From: a virus
Taxonomy: Duplodnaviria; Heunggongvirae; Uroviricota; Caudoviricetes
IMG/VR virus record: IMGVR_UViG_2541047692_000014
DNA length: 29,480 nt
Strand: one strand, 5' to 3'
A program made the translations under genes and the position numbers. Of this stretch, positions 1 to 7,667 are shown piece by piece; position 1 is the first letter of the stretch, and the number at the start of each line of letters is the position of its first letter. The notes under the pieces were generated by a model that was given only the letters and a program-made list of their open reading frames with translations, was not told the DNA's origin and did no database searches.

Positions 1-1011
1 TTATAACGTCACTCCGCCTTTTAGTGGATTCAGAGCGACGGCATTTTGCAGATAGTCAGGCGCAAGGTGCGCATAGGCCATCGTCTGCTGAATGCTCGCA
101 TGTCCCAGAATCTGTTGCAGTGCGATTATATTGCCCCCATTCATCATGAAATGGCTTGCGAATGTATGCCGCAGGATGTGGGTTGCCTGATTGGGTGGTA
201 TATCAGGTTTCACTCTGCGTAAAATCCCGCAAAATTTCTCATAATCAACTTTGAATAATTTGGCGCTGGCCTCCTCTTTAACTTTTTTCTCCAGTTCCTC
301 AGAAATCGGCACGGTTCGCTTTTTACCGTTTTTGGTTTTCAGGAAGGTAACCCTGCAATTTGTAATCTGTGCTGGTTTTAGCGTGGCAACTTCCGTCCAT
401 CTTCCTCCAGTGCTCAGACATAAAAGCGCGACAAGTAAGTCATCACCAGCCAAAACATTTAACAGTTTTTCGATTTCTGCTTTTTCCAGGAACGTCATTT
501 CAGGGTTGGCCTCCGCCAGTGGCGGCAGTCCGTGAATTGGGTGTTGCCCAGAAAATTCATCCAATTGAATTAATTTTGTGAACATGCCGGATAATCGGTA
601 CATGTCACGGTTTATCGTTGCGGCACTGATACCATCACGTAGTCGCATGGAACGATAATCCATCAAAGCCCTTTTGCTCATCCTGCTCACTGGTATATCA
701 CCTATGCCGCTGATGGTTTTGAGTAGATGATTAAACTCTTTTGTTCCATGCTCGTGGTTTTGCCCGTGATATTTCCACCAGATGTCCAGCAACTCACTCA
801 AAGTCCGGCGGTCTGCTCGCTGGCCTCCCCATTCTTTCTGACTGGCATTGGCGATTGTGTATCGCTCAAATGCTAGTGCTTCAGCTTTTCTTTCGAATTT
901 CCTGCGGATGCGTTTTCCGTCGCGACCGCGAGGTCTAATGTCCACTTCATAGCGACCATCATCGAGCTTCTTAATTGCCATAAGAAAGCCCTCCGGCGCT
1001 GTATTCACCAT
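1..1011 (-). CDS. int: Tyrosine integrase (P2 Int-like), 336 aa
   Basis: Translation has a C-terminal tyrosine recombinase signature (HTFASHFMMNGGNI...LQQILGHASIQQTMAYAHL) and sits next to the repressor at the prophage end. An internal ATG at 981 (MAIKKL...) has a better SD (GGAGG, 8 nt spacing) and may be the true start. Confidence 0.9.
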   Translation of the reverse strand: MVNTAPEGFLMAIKKLDDGRYEVDIRPRGRDGKRIRRKFERKAEALAFERYTIANASQKEWGGQRADRRTLSELLDIWWKYHGQNHEHGTKEFNHLLKTISGIGDIPVSRMSKRALMDYRSMRLRDGISAATINRDMYRLSGMFTKLIQLDEFSGQHPIHGLPPLAEANPEMTFLEKAEIEKLLNVLAGDDLLVALLCLSTGGRWTEVATLKPAQITNCRVTFLKTKNGKKRTVPISEELEKKVKEEASAKLFKVDYEKFCGILRRVKPDIPPNQATHILRHTFASHFMMNGGNIIALQQILGHASIQQTMAYAHLAPDYLQNAVALNPLKGGVTL

Positions 1012-1050
1012 CTTGGTAGCAAATGGTGAAAAGGTAATCTTTATATAGAG

Positions 1051-1344
1051 TTAGCCAATCCTTTTTGCGGAGTGGTTGGACTCTGTTGACTCTGGCCCAA
1101 TGTGCGCGAGAGCCGGTGCGATTTGTCCTGCGTCCGGCGCGGTTTTATCTGTCATAAGCCATAGAGCATATTTTTGGAATGTGGGATGCATAGTGATTTT
1201 TAGCAAAGCTGTGCCACCGGGTTCAAAGTTTCCTCCTTCATATTTTTTAAGTGTGCTTAGCGGTAACTCTATGATTTCACAGAATTTTGATTGGCTTAGC
1301 CCTTCAGCCTCACGCAAGGCCTTAATCTTTTCGCTTAATTTCAT
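1051..1344 (-). CDS. C: Immunity repressor, P2 C-like HTH protein, 97 aa
   Basis: Small HTH-type ORF (KIKALREAEGLSQSKFCEI...) transcribed divergently from cox, directly upstream of int as in P2; size close to the roughly 99-aa P2 C. Confidence 0.8.
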   Translation of the reverse strand: MKLSEKIKALREAEGLSQSKFCEIIELPLSTLKKYEGGNFEPGGTALLKITMHPTFQKYALWLMTDKTAPDAGQIAPALAHIGPESTESNHSAKRIG

Positions 1345-1465
1345 TTGACATGGTGCCTATATAGGGACTAAATTCCCTCAAAACTGGAACCTATATAGGT
1401 TCCATTGATTTGAGAATAAACCAGCGTCTAAACGGTTTTGAGTGGTTTAGAAAGGGCTGGATCCT
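1345..1465. promoter_or_regulatory. C/cox lysis-lysogeny switch region with divergent promoters and palindromic operators
   Basis: Seen in sequence: TTGACA at 1345-1350; palindrome CCTATATAGG at 1356-1365 and again inside the 18-bp perfect palindrome GGAACCTATATAGGTTCC at 1386-1403 (centres about 34 bp apart); inverted repeat AGGGA-N6-TCCCT at 1363-1378. The position between divergent repressor and cox genes matches the P2 Pe/Pc switch. Confidence 0.6.
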
Positions 1466-1753
1466 ATGAGGGTACCATATATGGACGCTGAAAATTATGT
1501 GATTCAGTATCCGCTTGATGCGGTTCATGTGGATAAATTTGCTGATTTATTAGGGAAGCCAAAGACAGCCGTCAGTGAAATGGTGAAGGCAAATAAATTA
1601 CCAATTATTGAATTGCGTGATCCTTGCAAACCGAAGGCTCGTGCCGGTGAAAAATGGGTTTTCATTCCTGAGTTTAATCGCGCTGTACGTGAGGCGTTTT
1701 ATAACCGACCGGTTGAACAGCGTGATGCATGGCTTTTGTGGATGGGGTTGTGA
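1466..1753 (+). CDS. cox: Cox/Apl-like excisionase and early transcription regulator, 95 aa (alternative start at 1481 gives 90 aa)
   Basis: First rightward small ORF after the switch region, divergent from C; size and position match P2 cox (91 aa). Sequence identity to cox was not verified. Confidence 0.7.
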   Translation: MRVPYMDAENYVIQYPLDAVHVDKFADLLGKPKTAVSEMVKANKLPIIELRDPCKPKARAGEKWVFIPEFNRAVREAFYNRPVEQRDAWLLWMGL

Positions 1754-1755
1754 TT

Positions 1756-1926
1756 ATGAATGAGCCGCGTTGTATTGCTCAGTTACTGCGTAACGAAAGC
1801 CCCAGGGCGATTGACTTCACCATCACCCACGGGAAGGGTCGCAAGGGAATCATTATCCGCACCAAAAAACAGAGTCCGTTAAAAAAGGCTCTGACCTTTC
1901 TGAAAAGCCGGAGGGTCTGGAAATGA
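1756..1926 (+). CDS. Small early protein, P2 orf78-like, 56 aa
   Basis: ORF from the internal ATG at 1756, immediately after the cox stop and overlapping the B start; the position matches P2 orf78. Confidence 0.55.
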   Translation: MNEPRCIAQLLRNESPRAIDFTITHGKGRKGIIIRTKKQSPLKKALTFLKSRRVWK

Positions 1927-2423
1927 CAGTGATGACGCTCAATCTCGTTGAAAAACAGCCAGCAGCTATGCGCCGGATAATTGGTAAGCATCTGGCCGTC
2001 CCTCGCTGGCAGGAGACATGCGATTATTATAATCAGATGATGGAACGCGAACGGCTAACGGTTTGCTTCCATGCGCAGTTAAAACAGCGTCACGCAACGA
2101 TGCGTTTTGAAGAAATGAACGACGTCGAACGTGAACGGCTGGTTTGTGCAATTGATGAACTGCGTGGGGCATTCTCAAAACGCCGTCAGGTCGGTGCAAG
2201 TGAGTATGCATATATTAGCTTTTTAACTGTCAGTCAGCGCCGTACTTTATTTATGCATGCGGGATTGACTGAAAAAGAATTCAACCAGCCATACTGGCGA
2301 ATTAATGAAGAGTCATGTTACTGGCGTGATGCTTTATTCCGTGCGTTACGTGAATTATTCAGTCTGTTTGAGTATGCGCCGACAATTCTGACGTCGGTAA
2401 AACCAGAGCAATATCTGCATTAA
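1923..2423 (+). CDS. B: Replication gene B protein (helicase-loader-like), 166 aa
   Basis: 166-aa ORF at the P2 gene B position, identical in length to P2 B; ATGA start/stop overlap with the upstream ORF. Confidence 0.75.
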   Translation: MTVMTLNLVEKQPAAMRRIIGKHLAVPRWQETCDYYNQMMERERLTVCFHAQLKQRHATMRFEEMNDVERERLVCAIDELRGAFSKRRQVGASEYAYISFLTVSQRRTLFMHAGLTEKEFNQPYWRINEESCYWRDALFRALRELFSLFEYAPTILTSVKPEQYLH

Positions 2424-2444
2424 GTAATTAACCAGAGTTTTTAA

Positions 2445-2480
2445 CGCACTTAATCGTGCGGGGCTTCTTTTTGCCTGGAG
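2445..2480 (+). terminator. Possible weak stem-loop terminator or attenuator after B
   Basis: CGCAC-TTAAT-(C)GTGCG hairpin followed by GGGCTTCTTTTT; the U-tract is not immediately adjacent. Confidence 0.3.
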
Positions 2481-2486
2481 AAAGTC

Positions 2487-2711
2487 ATGCATACAGTTTC
2501 TGAAAATCAGTGCGGTAAATACGCATTACTGCTGCAACAGGCCAGAACCGAAGCACATGCCGACGCTGCGACGCGCTTTTCTTCTCATCTTGACGCCATG
2601 ATTCGCCACATCACAAAGGCGGAGTTATCCCGCGTGGAGATAGTCGAGCTGCTCAGTCAGGAGTCGGAAAAATTTCACAATATCGGATTGTCTCGCGGGG
2701 AGGTGCTTTGA
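2487..2711 (+). CDS. Early-operon hypothetical protein, P2 orf80-like, 74 aa
   Basis: ORF with upstream SD (GGAGAAAGTC-ATG); ATGA overlap with the next ORF; the position matches P2 orf80. Confidence 0.6.
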   Translation: MHTVSENQCGKYALLLQQARTEAHADAATRFSSHLDAMIRHITKAELSRVEIVELLSQESEKFHNIGLSRGEVL

Positions 2712-3013
2712 TGTCCTGTTCTCATTCAGTTGTATTACTGAATAACGCCTTAAAAATCGCCGTTATGAAAAATGGCGATTTGTCTCTTATTCAACTTGGT
2801 CTTGATAAAGAAAAACGCGAAATAACTGAATATGTTATCGCGATTTATCAGAATGAATTAAACCTCCTGTCTGATGTGGTCAATTTACTTGTTAAACGCG
2901 CTGTATTCCACAAGCAAATTTCCTCCGTGGATGAACTGACGAAATTAACGACAGAAATCGCCAGCTATTGCGCTGATAAATTTAAGAAGCTGAACGACAA
3001 AAGGAGCTGGTAA
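2708..3013 (+). CDS. Early-operon hypothetical protein, P2 orf81-like, 101 aa
   Basis: ORF translationally coupled to its neighbours (ATGA at 2708-2711, TAATG at 3011-3015). Confidence 0.6.
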   Translation: MMSCSHSVVLLNNALKIAVMKNGDLSLIQLGLDKEKREITEYVIAIYQNELNLLSDVVNLLVKRAVFHKQISSVDELTKLTTEIASYCADKFKKLNDKRSW

Positions 3014-3510
3014 TGCCGGACAACGTAGATTTTATTCAGGAACAACAGGCTGAATTACTGGAGCGCCAGATTAACGCGGCAAGGGTAAAACATTGCGGTG
3101 TTTCTGCGCTGGTTTGCGAAGAGTGTGACGCGCCAATACCTGCTGCCCGTCGTGCGGCTTATCCATCAGCCACGCGTTGTGTTTCCTGTCAGTCAGTCTT
3201 TGAAGCAAAAAAACAAACATTACCGGAGAATGGCATGAGCATTCGTATTGAAATTGGCGAACGTTATGTCGTTACCAGTGACAGCTTTCAGTTTATTCTC
3301 CACGAGAAAAAGAGAGCGGAAAGCGGTAAAAACGCCGGTCAGGAATGGCTGTCGGTGGTTGGTTATTACCCGAAATTAAGCCAGCTCGTTTCCGGCCTGA
3401 TGCATCACGATATTCTGACCGGAAGCGCAAAGTCTTTTGCTGATTTAAACGCGCAGGTTGAGCAACTCAGCAGGCGTTGTTCAGAGGCTTTTGGCTCATA
3501 TGGCCGTTAA
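3013..3510 (+). CDS. TraR/DksA-family C4 zinc-finger protein (orf82-like) fused in frame to an orf83-like domain, 165 aa; an internal start at 3235 would give a separate 91-aa product
   Basis: N-terminal 70 aa carry a CxxC-N17-CxxC motif (CEECDAPIPAARRAAYPSATRCVSCQ) typical of TraR/DksA zinc fingers. There is no stop before the downstream segment; the in-frame ATG at 3235 has a good SD (GGAG). Confidence 0.55.
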   Translation: MPDNVDFIQEQQAELLERQINAARVKHCGVSALVCEECDAPIPAARRAAYPSATRCVSCQSVFEAKKQTLPENGMSIRIEIGERYVVTSDSFQFILHEKKRAESGKNAGQEWLSVVGYYPKLSQLVSGLMHHDILTGSAKSFADLNAQVEQLSRRCSEAFGSYGR

Positions 3511-5785
3511 AGCCTCCGGGCGTTTTGTCCCTCCGTCAGCATTTGCCGCAGGCACCGGTAAGGCGTTTACCGGTGCTTATGCATGGAACGCGCCACGCGA
3601 GGCCGTCGGGCGCGAAAGACCCCTTACACGTGACGAGATGCGTCAGGTGCAAGGTGTTTTATCCACGATTAACCGCCTGCCTTACTTTTTGCGCTCGCTG
3701 TTTACCTCACGCTATGACTACATCCGGCGCAATAAAAGCCCGGTGCACGGGTTTTATTTCCTCACATCCACTTTTCAGCGTCGTTTATGGCCGCGCATTG
3801 AGCGCGTGAATCAGCGCCATGAAATGAACACCGACGCGTCGTTGCTGTTTCTGACAGAGCGTGACCACTATGCGCGTCTGCCGGGGATGAATGACAAGGA
3901 GCTGAAAAAGTTTGCCGCCCGTATCTCATCGCAGCTTTTCATGATGTATGAGGAACTCTGCGATGCCTGGGTGGATGCGCATGGCGAAAAAGAATCGCTG
4001 TTTACGGATGAGGCGCAGGCGCATCTGTATGGTCATGTTGCTGGCGCTGCACGTGCTTTCAATATTTCCCCGCTTTACTGGAAAAAATACCGTAAAGGAC
4101 AGATGACCACGAGGCAGGCATATTCTGCCATTGCCCGTCTGTTTAACGATGAGTGGTGGACTCATCAGCTTAAAGGCCAGCGTATGCGCTGGCATGAGGC
4201 GTTATTGATAGCTGTCGGGGAGGTCAATAAAGACCGTTCTCCTTATGCCAGTAAACATGCCATTCGTGATGTGCGTGCGCGCCGTCAGGCAAATCTGGAG
4301 TTTCTTAAATCGTGTGACCTTGAAAACAGGGAAACCGGCGAACGCATCGACCTTATCAGTAAGGTGATGGGCAGTATTTCTAATCCTGAAATTCGCCGGA
4401 TGGAGCTGATGAACACCATTGCCGGTATTGAGCGTTACGCCGCCGCAGAGTGTGATGTGGGGATGTTTATCACGCTGACCGCGCCGTCAAAGTATCACCC
4501 GACACGTCAGGTCGGAAAAGGCGAAAGTAAAACCGTCCAGCTTAATCACGGCTGGAATGATGAGGCATTTAATCCGAAGGATGCGCAGCGTTATCTCTGC
4601 CGTATCTGGAGCCTGATGCGCACGGCATTCAAGGATAATGATTTACAGGTCTACGGTTTGCGAGTCGTCGAGCCACACCACGACGGAACGCCGCACTGGC
4701 ATATGATGCTTTTTTGTAATCCACGCCAGCGTAACCAGATTATCGAAATCATGCGTCGCTACGCGCTCAAAGAGGATGGCGACGAAAGAGGAGCTGCGCG
4801 AAACCGTTTTCAGGCAAAACACCTTAACCGGGGCGGTGCTGCGGGATATATCGCGAAATACATTTCAAAAAACATCGACGGCTATGCACTGGATGGTCAG
4901 CTCGATAACGATACCGGCAGGCCGCTGAAAGACACCGCCGCGGCTGTTACCGCATGGGCGTCAACGTGGCGCATCCCGCAATTTAAAACGGTTGGCCTGC
5001 CGACAATGGGGGCTTACCGTGAACTACGCAAATTGCCTCGCGGCGTCAGTATTGCTGATGAGTTTGACGAACGCGTCGAGGCTGCACGCGCTGCCGCAGA
5101 CAGTGGTGATTTTGCGTTGTATATCAGCGCGCAGGGTGGGGCAAATGTTCCGCGCGATTGTCAGACTGTCAGGGTTGCCCGTAGTCCGTCGGATGAAGTT
5201 AACGAGTACGAGGAAGAAGTCGAGAGAGTGGTCGGCATTTACGCGCCGCATCTCGGCGCGCGTCATATTCATATCACCAGAACGACGGACTGGCGCATTG
5301 TGCCGAAAGTTCCGGTCGTTGAGCCTTTGACTTTAAAAAGCGGCATCGCCGCGCCTCGGAGTCCTGTCAATAACTGTGGAAAGCTCACTGGTGGTGATAC
5401 TTCGTTACCGGCTCCCACACCTTCTGAGCACGCCGCCGCAGTGCTTAATCTGGTTGATGACGGTGTTATCGAATGGAATGACCCGGAGGTCGTGAGGGCG
5501 CTCAGGGGCGCATTAAAACACGACCTGAGAACACCAAACCGTCAGCAAAGAAGCGGAAGCCCGTTAAAAGCGCATGAAATAGCGCCATCGGCCAGACTGA
5601 CCCGGTCGGAACGAATGCAAATTACCCGTATCCGCGTTGACCTTGCTCAGAACGGTATCAGGCCGCAGCGATGGGAGCTTGAGGCGCTGGTGCGTGGCGC
5701 GACCGTAAATTATGACGGGAAAAAATTCACGTATCCGGTCGCTGATGAGTGGCCGGGATTCTCAACAGTAATGGAGTGGACATGA
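3500..5785 (+). CDS. A: Replication initiation protein A (rolling-circle nicking endonuclease), 761 aa
   Basis: Long ORF with the rolling-circle initiator motifs HWHMMLF (HUH-type metal site) and YIAKYISKNIDGY (catalytic tyrosines). Start placed at the ATG at 3500 (MAVKASGRF...), which gives the P2 gpA length; the ORF-track start at 3458 is an upstream extension overlapping orf83. Confidence 0.92.
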   Translation: MAVKASGRFVPPSAFAAGTGKAFTGAYAWNAPREAVGRERPLTRDEMRQVQGVLSTINRLPYFLRSLFTSRYDYIRRNKSPVHGFYFLTSTFQRRLWPRIERVNQRHEMNTDASLLFLTERDHYARLPGMNDKELKKFAARISSQLFMMYEELCDAWVDAHGEKESLFTDEAQAHLYGHVAGAARAFNISPLYWKKYRKGQMTTRQAYSAIARLFNDEWWTHQLKGQRMRWHEALLIAVGEVNKDRSPYASKHAIRDVRARRQANLEFLKSCDLENRETGERIDLISKVMGSISNPEIRRMELMNTIAGIERYAAAECDVGMFITLTAPSKYHPTRQVGKGESKTVQLNHGWNDEAFNPKDAQRYLCRIWSLMRTAFKDNDLQVYGLRVVEPHHDGTPHWHMMLFCNPRQRNQIIEIMRRYALKEDGDERGAARNRFQAKHLNRGGAAGYIAKYISKNIDGYALDGQLDNDTGRPLKDTAAAVTAWASTWRIPQFKTVGLPTMGAYRELRKLPRGVSIADEFDERVEAARAAADSGDFALYISAQGGANVPRDCQTVRVARSPSDEVNEYEEEVERVVGIYAPHLGARHIHITRTTDWRIVPKVPVVEPLTLKSGIAAPRSPVNNCGKLTGGDTSLPAPTPSEHAAAVLNLVDDGVIEWNDPEVVRALRGALKHDLRTPNRQQRSGSPLKAHEIAPSARLTRSERMQITRIRVDLAQNGIRPQRWELEALVRGATVNYDGKKFTYPVADEWPGFSTVMEWT

Positions 5786-6237
5786 TGGCAAAAATTCACG
5801 AGGTAAAGCTGCACGCAAAATATTTTGACCTTGTGCTGGAAGGAAAGAAACGCGCAGAGTTTCGGAAAAATGACCGTAATTATGAGCGCGGGGACACGTT
5901 GATTTTGCATGAATGGGCGCAGGGTGTGTATACGGGGCGAAAGGTTGAAGCCCGGATAACAGATGTTACTGACCTGTCAGACTGGCTGGAAGATTATGTC
6001 TTGCTAAGTATTGAGCTGCTTAATACAGGCGCATATGAGATTGTGAACTGGAAAGAACTTAGTGAGCGTGGTCTGGTATTCAGAATTAATCATGAAATTA
6101 TGCATCAGCTCGGCCTTTCTGTTATGTATGCACCAGAGACGGGGATGTCTGGCGGGGCAATGGTTGCCACGGATGGAGCATGGAACTATTCAGATGAACA
6201 GATTGAGCGTGCAAAGCAAAACGGGTGGCTTGGATAA
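5782..6237 (+). CDS. ASCH/DUF3850-like domain protein with C-terminal extension, 151 aa
   Basis: ATGA overlap with the gene A stop; N-terminal segment (KIHEVKLHAKYFDLVLEGKKRAEFRKNDRNYERGDTLILHEW) resembles ASCH/PUA-fold proteins. The domain call is from memory and unverified. Confidence 0.55.
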   Translation: MMAKIHEVKLHAKYFDLVLEGKKRAEFRKNDRNYERGDTLILHEWAQGVYTGRKVEARITDVTDLSDWLEDYVLLSIELLNTGAYEIVNWKELSERGLVFRINHEIMHQLGLSVMYAPETGMSGGAMVATDGAWNYSDEQIERAKQNGWLG

Positions 6238-6443
6238 TGCACAGAATACCGGGCGAGATACCGCAACATAACACTAAAAATATCAAGCTGATGGCTATTG
6301 TTCACCGTCTACAGCAGATTATGGTCAACGAAAATCTGACGCCTGACGAGCTGGTCGGGTGTGCCGAAATAGTCCGGGATAATTACGGGCGGCTTAATTA
6401 TATCCGTCAGTCCAGAGTTGCTCCACCGCCACGCAGACTATAG
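6237..6443 (+). CDS. Small hypothetical protein, 68 aa
   Basis: ORF translationally coupled to the upstream gene (TAATG at 6235-6239). No recognisable motif. Confidence 0.45.
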   Translation: MHRIPGEIPQHNTKNIKLMAIVHRLQQIMVNENLTPDELVGCAEIVRDNYGRLNYIRQSRVAPPPRRL

Positions 6444-6658
6444 AAAACGCCGTCAGTCTTGAAACTTGTTTTCAGGGCTGGCGGGGTTGAACAACGAGCA
6501 TCGCGAGGCGTTAGTGGTATTGGAACCAATGAGAAAACAAAAAACTCAACGCCTCCCCTCATGTTTGATGGTATGGTCTTGTTTTTAGGTAATGAAGCTT
6601 TATTCGGGTGACGTGTCTAATATAGCTTTCTGCATGACGTTAGAATGATGATGAGATC

Positions 6659-7261
6659 ATGTTATTAATGAATGAGAAAAAAAGACAAAAATATCTAAAG
6701 ATAATGTTTGAATGTCAAAAGCGACTTGAAACACTTCATGCTTTATCATCTGGAAGGATTGATGGCATTTATTTTCAAGTGTTAATTGAAATGGAGGCGT
6801 TGCAGCTTAGGAAGCTACTAGAGCTCATTGCATTTTCATCTCTAATTTCACATGAAAAAGCATACGAGAAGGTTACAAAGAAGATTGATGGTGTATGGAA
6901 GGCGAAGAATATATTTAAAGAGTTGGAAAAGATAAACCCTAACTTTTATCCAGTACCAATATCAGGAGTAACCAAAACGGGCTGGACGAAACTAACGGGA
7001 GGTTTTTTGACGAAAAAACAGTTTATCAAGCTATATGATGAATGCTCAAAACATATTCACGTAAGGAACCCATATCGGGTTAGGGAAAACTCGCTGGGGT
7101 TTCATAAAAAAGTTCCAGAGTATTTATCAAGAATTGAAACTCTACTGTTAAAGCACATTGTTTCTCTTGCCGGGAATGAAGAACTTCTTCTTGTAGATGT
7201 GCCTCATTATGAAGACTCTGTAACAGCTATAAAAATGAGCCACCTCGTTAAAATGGGGTGA
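6659..7261 (+). CDS. Hypothetical protein of unknown function, 200 aa, AT-rich cargo at the P2 tin/old hotspot; candidate anti-phage defence or superinfection-exclusion gene
   Basis: Uninterrupted 200-codon ORF (alternative start at 6668) in a markedly AT-rich block, unlike the flanking phage core. It follows a 215-bp non-coding spacer and is followed by a stem-loop plus T-run. It sits between the replication module and cos, where P2 carries tin/old. Confidence 0.6.
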   Translation: MLLMNEKKRQKYLKIMFECQKRLETLHALSSGRIDGIYFQVLIEMEALQLRKLLELIAFSSLISHEKAYEKVTKKIDGVWKAKNIFKELEKINPNFYPVPISGVTKTGWTKLTGGFLTKKQFIKLYDECSKHIHVRNPYRVRENSLGFHKKVPEYLSRIETLLLKHIVSLAGNEELLLVDVPHYEDSVTAIKMSHLVKMG

Positions 7262-7296
7262 AAAATAAGCAATAAATAGTCGATTCTAGTGAACGG

Positions 7297-7320
7297 TCGG
7301 CTATTTTTAGCCGGATTTTT
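7297..7320 (+). terminator. Putative intrinsic terminator downstream of the 200-aa cargo ORF
   Basis: Hairpin CGGCTA-TTTT-TAGCCG followed by GATTTTTAT. Confidence 0.4.
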
Positions 7321-7479
7321 ATACTGTTTCCCCTTAATTACAGTCGTTTCTATTCATGCATGTGCTATTGCATCGAATTGCATGCGTTTTCATCCCCTGT
7401 TGCTTATGAGCGTTGTCAGTGCTGGCGCATTCTCGGTATGTTCATGCAACTGCATCAAAATCGCCCCATGAAGCGGGCG

Positions 7480-7498
7480 GGCGAGGCGGGGAAAGCAC
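7480..7498. other. cos: cos site (19-nt cohesive end GGCGAGGCGGGGAAAGCAC)
   Basis: Exact string GGCGAGGCGGGGAAAGCAC is present at 7480-7498, between the cargo region and the portal gene where P2 cos is expected. The cohesive-end sequence is recalled from the P2/186 literature. Confidence 0.65.
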
Positions 7499-7640
7499 TG
7501 CGCGCTGGCGGTGGTGCTGATTTTATTTTTTCAGCGTCTGAGCGCGTCGTGATGGCGTTTAGATTGTGCGCCGGGGCGTTGGTGTGTCTGCGGGGTGTTT
7601 TGTGCGGTGGTGAGCGTGTGAGGGAGTGATGACGGGGTAT

Positions 7641-7662
7641 AAAAAAGCCGCCCGCAGGCGGC
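7641..7662 (-). terminator. Rho-independent terminator downstream of portal gene Q
   Basis: On the minus strand: GCCGCC-TGCG-GGCGGC hairpin followed by TTTTTT, immediately 3' of the Q stop codon (7668). Confidence 0.7.
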
Positions 7663-7667
7663 GATGT

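Noticed and set aside
3458-3499. Upstream extension of gene A (ORF-track start MSNSAGVV...)
   Set aside because: The ATG at 3500 gives the exact P2 gpA length; the extension overlaps the end of the preceding ORF and has no better ribosome-binding site.
7289-7629. Small plus-strand ORFs of 60 and 89 aa in the cos region
   Set aside because: They overlap the cos site and the Q terminator and have no SD; the region is expected to be non-coding packaging DNA.
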